DNA of 64,000 bases from Promethearchaeota archaeon. GTDB lineage: Archaea > Asgardarchaeota > Lokiarchaeia > Sigyniarchaeales > SOKP01. The first letter of the stretch is position 1; each line of letters starts with the position of its first letter. Location of the stretch: positions 7,138 through 71,137 of the forward strand of contig SDNY01000003.1 of NCBI GenBank assembly GCA_004524535.1, read 5' to 3'. Made by a program: the position numbers and the translations under genes. The notes under the pieces are model-generated. The model saw only the letters and a list, made by a program, of their open reading frames with translations, searched no databases and was not told where the DNA came from. Below, one piece after another: positions 62,528 through 64,000 of the stretch.

Positions 62528-62563
62528 ACTAAGAATTGATGCTTAAACAAGGTAAATAGTTAA

Positions 62564-62632
62564 TTATAATTCCAAGAAATTTTTTAGAATTTACATTCCA
62601 TAGGGTTTCATTTTTATCGACTCGGGATGGAA
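62564..62632 (-). repeat. trpG/pabA 3'-end relic
   Basis: FHPESIKMKPYGM*ILKNFLEL*, including the natural stop. Confidence 0.93.
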
Positions 62633-62728
62633 TAAATCGCAATTATATTTAGTTTAAAATTCTAAAATTTTTGAACCAAATTACATATGAACTATTAAAA
62701 ATTATTTTTACAAAAAACAAAATTAATA

Positions 62729-63511
62729 TTACTTCAGCTCTTCTGTCTTAATCTGGTGTAAAATTACTATTCCTATGGCTAAAATCCATCCAAAAAGGGA
62801 GAAAAACAACATCCATTCCCAAAACGGTGATGATGGTGGAAATTCTACCAAGTATAAGATAGTTAATATTGGTGTGAGAAAAATCATTACTAATCCCAAT
62901 AAAATTGGATATATCTTTGACTTGTTTTCGTAAGCACCTAATTCAAGAATTCCTGAAGGATAACGCACTAAAATAATTCCAATAAGAAATCCAGCACTAG
63001 CAAGCCCAACAAACTGGACAGTGGAAAGGATATCATGTAAATCATATGCACTTGAAGTTACTGGATATAAGCTAATTGCCACATCTTCAGATATAAAACC
63101 TGAACTAAAAATACCAAACACTCCAATAAGCATCATTATTAATACAAAGGTTGAATAACCTTTTGGCACGTTTAAAGATTCTGATTGTTTTGATTTTGAA
63201 TCGAATACATGCTTTATGTAAAAACATGGTGGAACTAACAAAACAGCTGTTATCATGACACTATCATCAAGGAATTTGGGAATTGGGGTATATCGATGAG
63301 AACCCATATCACTTATGTAATTATCAATTATATTATAAGCTCCAAGAGGTATTTCAGTACCTCCAAAGGAGAGCGCTACGATAAAACCAATTATGATCAT
63401 TGTTGGAAAAAATATTGTGATAAAAATTATATTACGTCTTGTCACTTTTGGATTAATTAAGTAATTATATAGCAGTTTCTTCTTCTCTGAAAGTTTATCT
63501 TTTAAACTCAT
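62729..63511 (-). CDS. DUF998-like membrane protein
   Basis: YNIIDNYISDMG, LHDILS, EW near the C-terminus; five TM. Confidence 0.7.
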   Translation of the reverse strand: MSLKDKLSEKKKLLYNYLINPKVTRRNIIFITIFFPTMIIIGFIVALSFGGTEIPLGAYNIIDNYISDMGSHRYTPIPKFLDDSVMITAVLLVPPCFYIKHVFDSKSKQSESLNVPKGYSTFVLIMMLIGVFGIFSSGFISEDVAISLYPVTSSAYDLHDILSTVQFVGLASAGFLIGIILVRYPSGILELGAYENKSKIYPILLGLVMIFLTPILTILYLVEFPPSSPFWEWMLFFSLFGWILAIGIVILHQIKTEELK

Positions 63512-63532
63512 TTTAAACTCATTTTAAACTTA
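63500..63532 (+). repeat. 11-bp tandem repeat x3 over a start codon
   Basis: ttttaaactca ttttaaactca ttttaaactta. Confidence 0.85.
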
Positions 63533-63700
63533 TTTTATGTCAATCAATTATTATTAATAATATAAATATATTAAAATATTTTATCTAATTGCATTTATCT
63601 GTATGTGGAAGATTTATGACCTAAAACCATCGAAAGTGCAAAATATTAAAAACGAATTGAAAAGAATTAAAAGGGTATTTAAAAAGATTGGAAATAAACG

Positions 63701-64000
63701 ATGAAAAATAAAGTATATGATTATTTAACTAAACCAAAAACTGTTAAAATATCGACCATTATCGCATTCACCGTTGTATCATTAGCTCTAATTATAGGCT
63801 ACATAATTGCGGCGGTTTTTGGAACTAAAGGCTATAATATGTTAGATAATTATATTAGCGATATGGGAAATAGTGAATATACCCCCTTTCCTTATATGAG
63901 AACTATTGGTAATGTTATTTCGGGACCCTTTTTCATAAGGAAACAATTAATGTCCCAGATTCAAGAAAACCAAGAAAAAAAACCTCAAATAATCAATTTG
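63701..64000 (+). CDS. DUF998-like membrane protein paralog, runs off the window edge
   Basis: Hand translation MKNKVYDYLTKPK...YNMLDNYISDMGNSEYTPFP; similar to the 62729-63511 protein. Confidence 0.7.
   Translation, partial: MKNKVYDYLTKPKTVKISTIIAFTVVSLALIIGYIIAAVFGTKGYNMLDNYISDMGNSEYTPFPYMRTIGNVISGPFFIRKQLMSQIQENQEKKPQIINL

Noticed and set aside
63900-63945. Apparent ~6-7 aa deletion in the second DUF998-like paralog
   Set aside because: It is in frame, the gene is truncated by the window edge, and a two-sequence comparison is insufficient.

Overview
AT-rich archaeal DNA, most likely an Asgard (Lokiarchaeia-like) genome. This is inferred from archaeal TBP, TrmB, LysW and AOR, a longin-like ORF, and Zn-ribbon and helical-repeat proteins of a type common in Lokiarchaeia. 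No rRNA, tRNA, CRISPR array, transposase or integrase was seen. Left part (1-8.6 kb): a five-gene ABC-2 exporter operon with three ATPase domains. One ATPase is fused to a large extracellular prenyltransferase-repeat domain and one is catalytically dead. The stand-alone ATPase gene is broken by a 34-nt insertion that folds into a canonical bulge-helix-bulge (BHB) motif; splicing it at the standard positions restores the frame (DEPTT/GVD). This is a candidate mRNA intron. Right part (16-64 kb): accessory catabolic genes, katG, a benzoyl-CoA-reductase-like cluster, lysX/lysZ/lysW and four toxin-antitoxin pairs. At least 10 same-strand intergenic relics divide this region, each encoding the extreme C-terminus of a TrpG/PabA-type glutamine amidotransferase (QFHPESIKMKPYGMQILKNFLEL*). 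The relics vary at synonymous positions, the most complete lie at the right, and some bracket discrete modules exactly. This suggests an integron-like array built by repeated insertion at the 3' end of a housekeeping gene. Three genes appear to start at ATA/ATT codons that the ORF track missed. All function calls come from motif reading only; no database searches were run.
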